From assembly GCA_043822305.1 (NCBI GenBank), contig JBDRBU010000007.1, forward strand, positions 1 to 32,501: a DNA stretch of 32,501 nt, read 5' to 3'. Positions 9,024 to 18,077 of this stretch are shown in pieces. The number at the start of each line of letters is the position of its first letter. Position 1 is the stretch's first letter. The stretch is from Candidatus Firestoneibacteriota bacterium (GTDB lineage: Bacteria > Oederibacteriota > D2-FULL-39-29 > JBDRBU01). The translations under genes were made by a program, and so were the position numbers. The notes under the pieces are model-generated. The model was not told the DNA's origin, did not search any database, and was given only the letters and a program-made list of their open reading frames with translations.

Positions 9024-9848
9024 ATGTTTAAAAAAGTAATACTGTTTGTTTTTGTGTTGACGATATTGATAATATCCGTGATAGCAGAGGAAAATAAGAC
9101 GGTAATACTTGCCACCACAACGAGTGTGCAGGATACCGGCTTACTGGATGTTTTAATGGAAAGCTTTGAAAATGAGACAGGATATACAGTAAAACCTATT
9201 GCTGTTGGTACCGGGCAGGCATTAAAACTCGGGATGAACGGTGAGGTGGATATTGTTTGGGTGCATAGCCCGGATGATGAGAAGAAATTTATTGAAGAAG
9301 GTTACGGAATAAACCGCACGACTTTCATGCATAATGATTTTGTCGTTTTGGGACCGGCAAGCGACCCGGCAGGTTTGAAGAATGCAAAGAGCGTAGTAGA
9401 AGGATTTAAAAATATTTTTCAAAAGAATGCATTATTCATCTCAAGAGGTGACCAGTCTGGAACCCATAAAAAGGAATTGAAAATCTGGAAACTGGCAGAA
9501 GTTATGCCAAACAAGGAAAAGTATAATGAAACAGGACAGGGTATGGCCGCGACATTAAGGGTGGCTGACGAGAAACAGTCGTATTGTTTAGCGGACCGTT
9601 CTTCGTATTTGTCTTTGAAAAAGAATATTAGCCTGGTTATATTATTTGAAGGGGACAAGGAACTTTTAAATTACTACAGTATTATTCTGGTTAACCCTCA
9701 AAAATTTCCAAAAGTCAATGTTAAGGGAGCGGAAGATTTCTTTGATTTCCTTCTTTCCGGAAAAACAAAAGAAGTTGTCGAAAATTTTGGGAAGAAAAAG
9801 TTCGGACAACAGCTGTTCTTCTACGATTACAAGGAGAAGGATAAATAA
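9024..9848 (+). CDS. tupA: Tungstate ABC transporter substrate-binding protein
   Basis: ATTTSVQDTGLL (TTTS motif), AVGTGQAL, VH, FISRGDQSGTH; signal peptide; start could be TTG 9009. Confidence 0.92.
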   Translation: MFKKVILFVFVLTILIISVIAEENKTVILATTTSVQDTGLLDVLMESFENETGYTVKPIAVGTGQALKLGMNGEVDIVWVHSPDDEKKFIEEGYGINRTTFMHNDFVVLGPASDPAGLKNAKSVVEGFKNIFQKNALFISRGDQSGTHKKELKIWKLAEVMPNKEKYNETGQGMAATLRVADEKQSYCLADRSSYLSLKKNISLVILFEGDKELLNYYSIILVNPQKFPKVNVKGAEDFFDFLLSGKTKEVVENFGKKKFGQQLFFYDYKEKDK

Positions 9849-10553
9849 ATGAATTTCATTTTAGACGGAATCAAAAAAGCAATCGAATTGATAGTATTTT
9901 TAGATAAGGATATCCTGAATGTTCTTAAGATTTCTTTGCTAGTATCCTTTTCTGCAACGGTTATCGCCGTTCTGGTTGGAGTACCTTTAGGAGCTGTTAT
10001 TGCCGTAAAGAAGTTTCCGTTTAAAAAGATTGTCATTACGTTAATTAACACGGGAATGGGCTTGCCTCCGGTCGTTGTCGGTTTGGTGGTGAGCCTTTTT
10101 CTGTTTCGCAACGGCCCTTTGGGCAGCTTGCAGTGGCTATATACGGTTCAAGGAATGGTTTTAGCCCAGATAATTATTGCCCTGCCCATAATTATGGGTT
10201 TAACTTTAGTTGCTTTTCAAAGCGTCGATAAAAAAATGTATTTTCAGATTTTGGCTTTGGGTGCGAGTACTTCACAGGCTATTTATCTTCTGTTAAAAGA
10301 GATACGTCTTTCGGTGATAGCTTCTGTTATTGCGGGTTTTGGAAGTATAATTTCGGAAGTTGGAGCGGTAATGATGGTCGGTGGCAATATTAAAGGGCAG
10401 ACAAGAGTTTTAACCACAGCTATAGTGCTTGAGACAAATAAAGGAAATTTCGATATTGCTATTGCTTTGGGATTAATACTTTTAATTATGAGTTTTATCG
10501 TTAATCTTGCTTTAACATTTATCCAGCAGAGGAAAAAGATTGATTATGATTAA
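9849..10553 (+). CDS. tupB: Tungstate ABC transporter permease
   Basis: NTGMGLPPVVVGL, SEVGAVMMVGGNIKGQTRVLTTAIVLET. Confidence 0.92.
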   Translation: MNFILDGIKKAIELIVFLDKDILNVLKISLLVSFSATVIAVLVGVPLGAVIAVKKFPFKKIVITLINTGMGLPPVVVGLVVSLFLFRNGPLGSLQWLYTVQGMVLAQIIIALPIIMGLTLVAFQSVDKKMYFQILALGASTSQAIYLLLKEIRLSVIASVIAGFGSIISEVGAVMMVGGNIKGQTRVLTTAIVLETNKGNFDIAIALGLILLIMSFIVNLALTFIQQRKKIDYD

Positions 10554-11604
10554 GATAAATAAGTTAAGATTATCATATAAAAATAATTTTACTTTAAACA
10601 TTAACAGGTTGACTATAAAAGAAGGGGAAATATTTTCAATAATCGGGCCGAATGGTGCCGGAAAAACCACTCTTTTAAATGTGTTAAATCTACTTGAAAA
10701 GCCACAGCAGGGGCAAATAAAAATATTCAATAAAAATATACTGGAACAAAAAAATGCATTGTCTTTCAGGAGACGTATTGCACATGTGTTTTCAAGGCCG
10801 TATTTGTTTAATAATACGGTTTATAAAAATGTTTCAGTGCCTTTAAGTCTGCGCAGAGAAAAATATGAAACAAGGGTGGATGAAATTTTAAGATTGTTTA
10901 AAATATTTGATTTAAAAAATGAAAATGCCCTGACACTTTCTCAGGGACAGATGCACAGGGTTTCTCTTGCCCGTGCTTTTGTGAGCAATCCTGAGCTGAT
11001 ATTGATGGATGAGCCATTTATAAGTCTGGAAAAACCCTATAAAGAAAGTTTAATGGTGGAAATCAGGCAGATTATAAAAAAGAGAAAAATTACAGCTTTG
11101 TTTGTTAGTCAGGAACAGGATGAGGTGTTACGATTGGCTGACAGAATAGCTGTGATGAAAGAAGGGAAAATACTGGAAATCGGTACACCACACCAGATAT
11201 TCACGAAACCCGCCAAAAAAGAAGTGGCTGATTTTATTGGGATTGAGACTGTTGCAGAAGGTATAATTTATAAAAAACAGGACAATCTTTGCAGTGTGCG
11301 CGTGAAGAATAAGGTAATAGAAGCCATATCCGAATATAATGTTATGGATACGGTATTTGTGTTAATTCGTCCTGAGGATGTTGTGTTTTCAAAACATAAA
11401 GAAAAAACAAGTGCAAGGAATTCGTTTAAAGCAAAAATTACAAATATTGAGCCGTACGGATTAGAGTATAAAATAACTTTTAATTGCGGTTTTAACATGC
11501 TGGCTTTTATCACTAAACAGTCTATAGACGAACTTGGATTAAAGAAAAAAAAGAAAGTTTATATATCTTTTAAAGCCACCGCAGTCCATTTAATAAAAAG
11601 GTGA
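10546..11604 (+). CDS. tupC: Tungstate ABC transporter ATPase with C-terminal TOBE domains
   Basis: GPNGAGKTT, LMDEPF, IRPEDV, TSARN, FKATAV. Confidence 0.88.
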   Translation: MIKINKLRLSYKNNFTLNINRLTIKEGEIFSIIGPNGAGKTTLLNVLNLLEKPQQGQIKIFNKNILEQKNALSFRRRIAHVFSRPYLFNNTVYKNVSVPLSLRREKYETRVDEILRLFKIFDLKNENALTLSQGQMHRVSLARAFVSNPELILMDEPFISLEKPYKESLMVEIRQIIKKRKITALFVSQEQDEVLRLADRIAVMKEGKILEIGTPHQIFTKPAKKEVADFIGIETVAEGIIYKKQDNLCSVRVKNKVIEAISEYNVMDTVFVLIRPEDVVFSKHKEKTSARNSFKAKITNIEPYGLEYKITFNCGFNMLAFITKQSIDELGLKKKKKVYISFKATAVHLIKR

Positions 11605-11633
11605 AAAAGCAATTTCAAAAGGAAGGGGTAAAA

Positions 11634-12083
11634 ATGGAAGGGAAAATTTTCTCGATAAATTTAAGCAAATCAAAAGGAGTCTCTAAATTATCGGTTAACG
11701 AGGCGAAACTGGTGGAAAATTTTGGTTTTGAAAATGATGTACATGCCGGGACCGATTTGAGGCAGGTGAGCTTGCTTTCAATAGAGAGCATAAGAAAACA
11801 GAAAGAATGCAAGAAAGTGAAAAAAACCGGAATGGTTTTAAAACCGGGTGATTTTGCCGAAAATATTACAACCGAGGGAATGGATCTTTCAAAATTAAAA
11901 ATCGGGTATGAATTAAAAATAGGAGAAAATATACTTTTAGAGGTAACTAAAATTGGGAAGGAATGCCAGAGGTACTGTTCTATATATTACAAGACAGGAG
12001 ACTGCATAATGCCGAGGGAAGGAATATTTGTAAAAGTTGTTAAAGGCGGAATCGTTAAAAAGGGAGATAAAATCCATCTCTAA
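11634..12083 (+). CDS. MOSC-domain protein (Moco-sulfurase C-terminal-like)
   Basis: DVHAG...RQVSLLS...PGDFAENITT...IGKEC...C...GDCIMPREGIF. Confidence 0.9.
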   Translation: MEGKIFSINLSKSKGVSKLSVNEAKLVENFGFENDVHAGTDLRQVSLLSIESIRKQKECKKVKKTGMVLKPGDFAENITTEGMDLSKLKIGYELKIGENILLEVTKIGKECQRYCSIYYKTGDCIMPREGIFVKVVKGGIVKKGDKIHL

Positions 12084-12179
12084 TGGTGATGGATTACTCC
12101 TCTTTTATCAGTCCGTACCCGCCTAAGTCGGGCTTATTGTATTGTCTATAAAATATTTAAAATATTTAAAAAATTATCC

Positions 12180-12208
12180 TTGATAATCCTGCAAAAAAGT
12201 GATATATT
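12180..12208 (+). promoter_or_regulatory. Putative sigma70 promoter
   Basis: TTGATA-17 bp-TATATT with an extended -10 TG, in an AT-rich intergenic region. Confidence 0.5.
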
Positions 12209-12210
12209 AA

Positions 12211-12549
12211 AATTGTCTAACCTATGTAGAAGATGTAGTTGAAGTTGTTAAAGCACATTATAGGGAAAAACTTGATTTTGAACTATTTGAAATTAAATGT
12301 TATTTAATATTGGGATTTACTAATGAAGGCAAACCATTACATTTTGTATTAGGAAATATAGAAGAAGAAAAAGTTTTGATTATTACAATGTATAGACCTA
12401 AAATAGAGAAGTGGATAGATTTTTTGAGAAGGAAGATTTGTGTTCAATGTGGCGAAAAATATTTTGATGCAGAAGTATCACGACAAATGGAACATATTGT
12501 TTTAAAAGGGAGAAAAACTTTCAACCTTAATTACTGTGCCTGTTTGTGA
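12211..12549 (+). pseudogene. Decayed toxin-antitoxin-like pair: DUF4258-like C-terminus fused to the second half of a YgiT-type zinc finger
   Basis: YLILGFTNEGKPLHFV...VLIITMYRP...KW joined in frame to CVQCGEKYFDAEV; no good start or RBS; only one CxxC of the zinc finger is present. Confidence 0.65.
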
Positions 12550-12661
12550 ATTTGTGACGATATGAACCATAATTCCGAAGAAAAGATAAATAGAGATTAA
12601 ATTTGTAAAATTCGTTTCAGAAAAGAAATAAAAGGTCTCCATAGTGGACCGAGGAGGAAAA

Positions 12662-12823
12662 ATGTTTGGATTAGGAGTGCCAGAATTGGCAATAATTTTA
12701 GTTATATGTTTTTTACTTTTTGGGGCTAAAAAACTTCCTGAGATTGGTAAGTCAATTGGAAAAACAATTAAGGAATTTAAGAATTCAATAAAAGAGATAA
12801 GCAAAGAAGAAGAGAAAAAGTAA
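12662..12823 (+). CDS. tatA: Twin-arginine translocase TatA/E (53 aa, not in the ORF track)
   Basis: GAGGAGG RBS; MFGLGVPELAIILVICFLLFGAKKLPEIGKSIGKTIKEFKNSIKEISKEEEKK. Confidence 0.95.
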   Translation: MFGLGVPELAIILVICFLLFGAKKLPEIGKSIGKTIKEFKNSIKEISKEEEKK

Positions 12824-12845
12824 TCTAGCCAAGAACAATAGAAAA

Positions 12846-12948
12846 TGAATCTCCCCCGCCATAAATGGCGGGGTATCTTCTCTGCAGGGAAAATATATTA
12901 TTATTGTGCCAATTCATCCCCGTCTCAAGAGACGGGGTATTCTTGGCA
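12846..12948. mobile_element. Putative non-autonomous IS200/IS605-like miniature element (two related hairpins)
   Basis: CCCCGCCAT-AA-ATGGCGGGG (12854-12873) and CCCCGTCTC-AA-GAGACGGGG (12918-12937), both followed by TAT, separated by an AT-rich spacer. Confidence 0.55.
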
Positions 12949-12960
12949 CTCCCAGATAAA

Positions 12961-13944
12961 ATGCTCATAGATGCTTATGGTAGAAAAATAGATTATCTAC
13001 GTATATCTGTTACAGATAGATGCAACTTAAGATGCATTTACTGTATGACTGCTAAAGGGATCCTTCATAAACCCCAGAAAGAGATACTTTTATTTGAAGA
13101 AATTTTTAAAATAGTAAGTGTTTTTGCAAAACTTGGTATTAAAAAAATAAGAATTACTGGAGGCGAACCTTTAGTAAGAAAAGATTTACATTTACTTATA
13201 AAGAAATTAAGAAGTATTGAAAAGTTAAAAGAAATCTGTCTTACTACTAATGGAATTTATCTTAGTGATTATGCATATCCGCTTAAGATTGCAGGACTTG
13301 ATAGAGTGAATATTAGTTTGGATACTTTAGTATTAGAGAAATTTAAAAATATAACAAGGGATGGAAATTTAGAAAGAGTGCTTAAAGGAATAGAGTCTGC
13401 ATTTTTAGTAGGTCTAACTCCTGTGAAAATAAATATAGTGCTCATAAAGAGATTTAATGATGATGAGATACTGAATTTTGCGAAATTAACAAAAGATAAG
13501 CCAATACATGTTAGATTCATTGAGTATATGCCTACAAATTTAAGTTATATTCCATGGAAGAATAGTTTCTTTAGTGCAATTAAAGCAAAAAATATTTGCG
13601 ATAGATTAGGAAAACTTAATCCTGTTGAAAATGCATCAGATGGGGTTGCAAAAGTTTTCAGGATAGAAGATTTTTGTGGAACTATAGGTTTTATTTCTGC
13701 AATAACTGAACCTTTTTGTTCTTCTTGTAATAAGTTAAGGTTAACAGCAGATGGAAGGTTAAAGAGTTGTTTGTATTCATCTAAGATGATAGAGTTAAAA
13801 GGGATCCTTAAGAAAGGGACAGAACATGATTTGACTAAGTTAATTAAGGAAGTAGTTATATTAAAACTAAAAGCACATAGTTTATTAAAATCGCCAGTTA
13901 TTTCTGAAATTGAGAGTTTTAGTATGTGTCAAATAGGTGGATAA
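12961..13944 (+). CDS. moaA: GTP 3',8-cyclase MoaA
   Basis: DAYGRKIDYLRISVTDRCNLRCIYCM, TGGEPL, FCSSCNKLR, C-terminal IGG; ATG 12961 matches the usual family start. Confidence 0.96.
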   Translation: MLIDAYGRKIDYLRISVTDRCNLRCIYCMTAKGILHKPQKEILLFEEIFKIVSVFAKLGIKKIRITGGEPLVRKDLHLLIKKLRSIEKLKEICLTTNGIYLSDYAYPLKIAGLDRVNISLDTLVLEKFKNITRDGNLERVLKGIESAFLVGLTPVKINIVLIKRFNDDEILNFAKLTKDKPIHVRFIEYMPTNLSYIPWKNSFFSAIKAKNICDRLGKLNPVENASDGVAKVFRIEDFCGTIGFISAITEPFCSSCNKLRLTADGRLKSCLYSSKMIELKGILKKGTEHDLTKLIKEVVILKLKAHSLLKSPVISEIESFSMCQIGG

Positions 13945-13990
13945 TTGTTTGAATAGGCAGACCCTATTTTTAAAAGAGAAGGAAATAAAA

Positions 13991-14794
13991 ATGAATTTTG
14001 AAACAATCTATAAACCAATTTCTAAAGAATTATTAAAAGTTGAAATGGAAATAAAAAGGCAGATTTTAACTTTAGATAATAATCAAAAAATTGTTAAAGA
14101 AGCAATTAATTATTTTTTTAATAATAAAGGCAAATATCTAAGGCCGGCCTTAGTTTTATTGTCGGGAAAAATAGTAAATGGAAGAGATAAATTAATAAAT
14201 GATAAACTAATTTCATTGTCATCAGCAGTAGAAATGATTCATAATGCATCTCTTATTCATGATGATATCATAGATGATGACGAAAGTCGAAGAGAAGTTT
14301 TAAGTTTAAATAAGAAGTTTGGTAATCATATGGCTATGATGATAGGAGATATGTTATATACAAGAGCTTTTTTGCTTTTGGCTAATAATTGTAATGAAAA
14401 AACATTAAGGATTGTTGCTAATTGTGTAGAAAAAATGTGTTACGGGGAGATAAAAGAAATAACAAAGGATAACTTGAATTTAATGGAATATTTAGAAATT
14501 ATTAAATGCAAAACAGCATCATTTATGTCTGCTTGTTGTGAGGCAGGAGCGATAATATCAGGAGGGGATGAAGAGATAGTTAAATCAATGAGAAATTATG
14601 GATTAAATTTTGGGATTGCTTATCAATTAAGAGATGATTACTTGGATAAAGAAACTCCATTAAATAAAAGAATTGTAATTAAAAAAATGGATAAACATAT
14701 TAAACTTGCAAAGAAGAATTTAGCCATGATAGAAAATAATGAAATTAAAGAATCACTTAATAATCTTTTAGAATATTTTCAGGTGGATAGTTGA
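13991..14794 (+). CDS. Polyprenyl diphosphate synthase family protein (short C-terminal half)
   Basis: GKYLRP, EMIHNASLIHDDIIDDDESRR, GD, KTA, FGIAYQLRDDYLD. Confidence 0.85.
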   Translation: MNFETIYKPISKELLKVEMEIKRQILTLDNNQKIVKEAINYFFNNKGKYLRPALVLLSGKIVNGRDKLINDKLISLSSAVEMIHNASLIHDDIIDDDESRREVLSLNKKFGNHMAMMIGDMLYTRAFLLLANNCNEKTLRIVANCVEKMCYGEIKEITKDNLNLMEYLEIIKCKTASFMSACCEAGAIISGGDEEIVKSMRNYGLNFGIAYQLRDDYLDKETPLNKRIVIKKMDKHIKLAKKNLAMIENNEIKESLNNLLEYFQVDS

Positions 14795-14811
14795 AATATT
14801 ATATTAAGGGT

Positions 14812-14946
14812 ACTCGGGGTCGTCTGACCCCGAGTTGTTGATAAGTAGTTAAGCATCTTTAGATGCTGTTTAATACAGGGTCTAAAGACCCTTGACTACT
14901 CCAGATCATAATATGTTGGGGTCAGAGACGAGCCCGACTTCATTTA
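14812..14946. repeat. Cluster of four hairpins between convergent genes, including two family-1 palindromes
   Basis: ACTCGGGGTC-GTCT-GACCCCGAGT (14812-14835); AGCATCT-TT-AGATGCT; AGGGTCT-AA-AGACCCT; TATGTTGGGGTCAGAGACGAGCCCGACTTCATTTA (14912-14946). Confidence 0.75.
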
Positions 14947-15513
14947 TGATTTAAAATAGTGTCTGCTTACATTCAAGTCCCTATTTATTATGACAATATC
15001 TGCTTTTTTTATCTTTTTGGAAAGAGGGATTTGCGCTGAAATCATATTTTTTGCTAATTTTCGTGAAAGCCCTTTTTTCATAAGGCGGTTTATTTGAGTT
15101 TTTTGGCTACAGACAACGACTATGATTAAATCTACCAGATTGGAAATCTTTGCTTCAAAAAGTAAGGGTGCTTCTAAAATAATAAATTTGTATTTTTTGC
15201 TGTTTTTTGTTCTTTTTATTTCTTTTTTAATTCTGGCTATAATTTCTGGATGGGTAATTCTTTCTAAGATCTTTCTTAGTTTTCTATTTTTAAAAATCCT
15301 TTCGCCTAATTTTTTTCTATCTATGGTTAAATGCTTGCTTAAAACTTCTTTTCCAAACTGCTTGATTATTTTTTTATAGGCAATATTCCCCGGAAGTATT
15401 ATTTTATGTGCAATCTCATCAGCACTTATAAGACATCCACCATATCTTTTTAATATTTTTGACACAGTACTTTTACCTGTAGCAACTCCTCCGGTTATTC
15501 CTAATACTTTCAT
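14944..15513 (-). CDS. coaE: Dephospho-CoA kinase
   Basis: GITGGVATGKSTV, DRKKLG, LERITHP, EAPLLFE; ATGA overlap with the polA stop. Confidence 0.95.
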   Translation of the reverse strand: MKVLGITGGVATGKSTVSKILKRYGGCLISADEIAHKIILPGNIAYKKIIKQFGKEVLSKHLTIDRKKLGERIFKNRKLRKILERITHPEIIARIKKEIKRTKNSKKYKFIILEAPLLFEAKISNLVDLIIVVVCSQKTQINRLMKKGLSRKLAKNMISAQIPLSKKIKKADIVIINRDLNVSRHYFKS

Positions 15514-18077
15514 TTCAATGCCCCCCAATTATCACCAGTTTTAATATCTATTTTTAAAGGTACTTTTAATTTTACTGCATTTTCCATTGTTTCTTTTATG
15601 ATTTCTTTTAACGAATTTAATTCTTTTAAGACACATTCAAAAATTAATTCATCATGTACCTGTAAAATCATTCTAGAAGATAAATTTTCTTTCTTAATCG
15701 TCTTATGAATATTTATCATGGCTAATTTTATAATATCTGATGCCGAGCCTTGAATAGGCATATTTATGGCCTCTCTTTCTGCAAATCCTCTGACCATCTT
15801 ATTTTTACTATTAATCTCCGGGATATATCTTCTTCTATTTAGTATAGTTTCAACATAACCTAATTTTCTTGCTTTTTCAATGGCACCAATCATATACATT
15901 TTTACACCCGGATATTTTAAAAAATAATTTTCAATATATTGTTTGGCTATATCTTTACTTATTTTAAGTTCTTTTGCCAGTCCAAAAGGTGTCATTCCAT
16001 ATATTATTCCAAAATTTACGGTCTTGGCCACCCTTCGTTTTTCACTATCCACCATTTCTTTTGAGATGCTAAATATTTCCATGGCTGTTCTTGTGTGAAT
16101 ATCTTCGTCGTTATTAAAAGCATTTATTAAATTTTTATCAAGACTAAAATGAGCTAATACTCTTAAATCTATTTGAGAGTAGTCAGCAGATAAGATTTTC
16201 CATCCAGTGTCTTCTGGAACAAATGCTTTTCTTATTTCCCGGCCAATTTCAGTTTTAATTGGGATATTCTGTAAATTAGGATGGACACTGCTTAACCTAC
16301 CAGTTGATGTTCCTGTTTGATTGAAAGAAGTATGAATTCTATTGGTCTTTTTATCAACTAACTGTGGGAGGACATCTATATAAGTATTTTTTAATTTTGT
16401 TAATTGTCGGTAATCTAATAAAACAACGGCTATATCTTCTGTTTTTGAAAGTTCTTCTAAAACTTCCACATCAGTTGATGGTCCTGTTTTTGTCTTTTTT
16501 ATGACAGGTAGTTTTAATTTCTCAAACAAAATTTTGCTTAACTGTCTGGGAGAATTAATATTAAATTCTTCTTTGGCCAGGTTATATATATTTTTTATTA
16601 TTTCATTTAACTTTACATTTATTGAATTTGAAAGTTCTTTTAAAAAATCAATATCAATTTTTATCCCGGTTGTTTCCATTTTATACAAAACTTCAATAAG
16701 AGGCATTTCTACATTCTCAAAAAGAAATGTTAAATTTTGATTATCTAATTCTTTTTGTAAAATGTTTTTTAAGTCATTGTTAAAACAAACTATTTCTTTT
16801 TCATTTATATTTTGTGATAAATAAGCGGAAACCAAGGTTAAAGCGCCGTAATTTTCTTTATTTGAATCAATTAGATAAGAAGCGAGCCTAGTCTCAAACT
16901 TTATGCCTGAAATATTTAGTTTATGTTTTGACAAAATGTGCATCATATTTTTAAAATTATGCCCTATTTTAGATATATTTTTATCCGCTAAAATATTTTT
17001 CATCCGAGTAAAATTAAAAGAGTAATAAGTTGATGGTTTTAAACTTAATAATATTTCATTTTCGTTTACATCAATACTAATTTCTTTTATATTGTTTAAT
17101 TCTGTCAAAAATTTCTTAAAAGAGTCTTCATTTTCAATCAGTATCTTTTCACATTTAATAATTTCTTGTTTAAATAACCCTTCATCTCCAGGTTTGGAAA
17201 TTAACTTATTAAAGTCCTCTATTAATCTTTTAAACTCTAATTCTGAAAACAACTTTAATACTTTCTCTGTGTTGGGCTCTTTAAATTCCAAATTAGATAG
17301 TTTCACCTTAAGAGGAGGTGAAACTAAAGTTGCAATCTTTTTACTTAAAATTGCTATTTCTTTATGCTCTTGCAATCTGTTTTTAAGTTTTTCATTTTTT
17401 ATTTTGTTAATATTATTAAAAATAGAATCTAAATCTTTGAATTCTTTGAGCAAACTTGATGCAGTTTTTTCTCCAATACCTTTAACTCCAGGGATGTTGT
17501 CAGCCGTATCTCCGGCCAATCCAAGGAAATCCACAATTTGACATGGTTTAACACCATATTTTTCTATTACTTTTTGCTCATTATAAATAAACTCTTCTTT
17601 GTAGACACTCATAACTTCAACATTTTCATTTATTAGTTGGAGCATATCTTTATCCCCGGTTAGTATTGTTACTTTTAAGTTATTTTCTTCACCTTTTTTT
17701 GTAAAATATGCAATTAGATCGTCTCCTTCATACCCCTCAATTTCATATGTTGGAATGTTAAAACAGTTAAGCATATCTTTTACAATTGGAATCTGTTGAA
17801 TTAAATCTTCGGGAGGTGGCTCTCTTTTTATTTTATAATCTTTGAATTCTTTATGTCTAAAAGTAGGACCTTTTGTATCGAAAGCAAAAGCAAGATAATC
17901 TGGTTTTATTTCCTTTAAAATCTTTAGAAGTAAACGAGCCAAGCCAAAAACGGCATTAGTCGGAATGCCTTTAGATGTGGATAGATTTTTTATAGCATAA
18001 TAGCATCTATACAGGTAAGAGTTTCCATCAACAAGAAGTAATCTTTTAATGTCTATTTCTCTTCTTTTGACTGACAC
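15510..18077 (-). CDS. polA: DNA polymerase I (start uncertain, between 18050 and 18077)
   Basis: LVDGNSY, GDTADNIPGVKGIGEKTA, TGRLSS...PNLQNIP, ADYSQIDLR, AKTVNFGIIYG, QVHDEL. Confidence 0.97.
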   Translation of the reverse strand: MSVKRREIDIKRLLLVDGNSYLYRCYYAIKNLSTSKGIPTNAVFGLARLLLKILKEIKPDYLAFAFDTKGPTFRHKEFKDYKIKREPPPEDLIQQIPIVKDMLNCFNIPTYEIEGYEGDDLIAYFTKKGEENNLKVTILTGDKDMLQLINENVEVMSVYKEEFIYNEQKVIEKYGVKPCQIVDFLGLAGDTADNIPGVKGIGEKTASSLLKEFKDLDSIFNNINKIKNEKLKNRLQEHKEIAILSKKIATLVSPPLKVKLSNLEFKEPNTEKVLKLFSELEFKRLIEDFNKLISKPGDEGLFKQEIIKCEKILIENEDSFKKFLTELNNIKEISIDVNENEILLSLKPSTYYSFNFTRMKNILADKNISKIGHNFKNMMHILSKHKLNISGIKFETRLASYLIDSNKENYGALTLVSAYLSQNINEKEIVCFNNDLKNILQKELDNQNLTFLFENVEMPLIEVLYKMETTGIKIDIDFLKELSNSINVKLNEIIKNIYNLAKEEFNINSPRQLSKILFEKLKLPVIKKTKTGPSTDVEVLEELSKTEDIAVVLLDYRQLTKLKNTYIDVLPQLVDKKTNRIHTSFNQTGTSTGRLSSVHPNLQNIPIKTEIGREIRKAFVPEDTGWKILSADYSQIDLRVLAHFSLDKNLINAFNNDEDIHTRTAMEIFSISKEMVDSEKRRVAKTVNFGIIYGMTPFGLAKELKISKDIAKQYIENYFLKYPGVKMYMIGAIEKARKLGYVETILNRRRYIPEINSKNKMVRGFAEREAINMPIQGSASDIIKLAMINIHKTIKKENLSSRMILQVHDELIFECVLKELNSLKEIIKETMENAVKLKVPLKIDIKTGDNWGALK

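Noticed and set aside
12117..12134. Small hairpin after the MOSC gene sharing 10 nt with a family-1 repeat
   Set aside because: Match too short to assign; may be a weak terminator
12544..12561. Possible Rex operator TTGTGAA upstream of tatA
   Set aside because: Only a half site; the second arm (TGACGAT) does not match TTCACAA
12502..12804. 100-aa minus-strand ORF
   Set aside because: Antisense shadow of tatA
12865..12960. 32-aa N-terminal extension of MoaA in the ORF track
   Set aside because: The ATG comes from the hairpin element; family homology begins at 12961
14812..14946. CRISPR array or tRNA in the hairpin cluster
   Set aside because: No regular identical repeats with unique spacers, no cas genes and no cloverleaf
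16700..17150. Degenerate 3'-5' exonuclease domain of PolA
   Set aside because: Common in bacterial PolA
18048..18077. Possible ATT start codon for polA
   Set aside because: An in-frame GTG at 18077 is an alternative; cannot be decided from sequence alone
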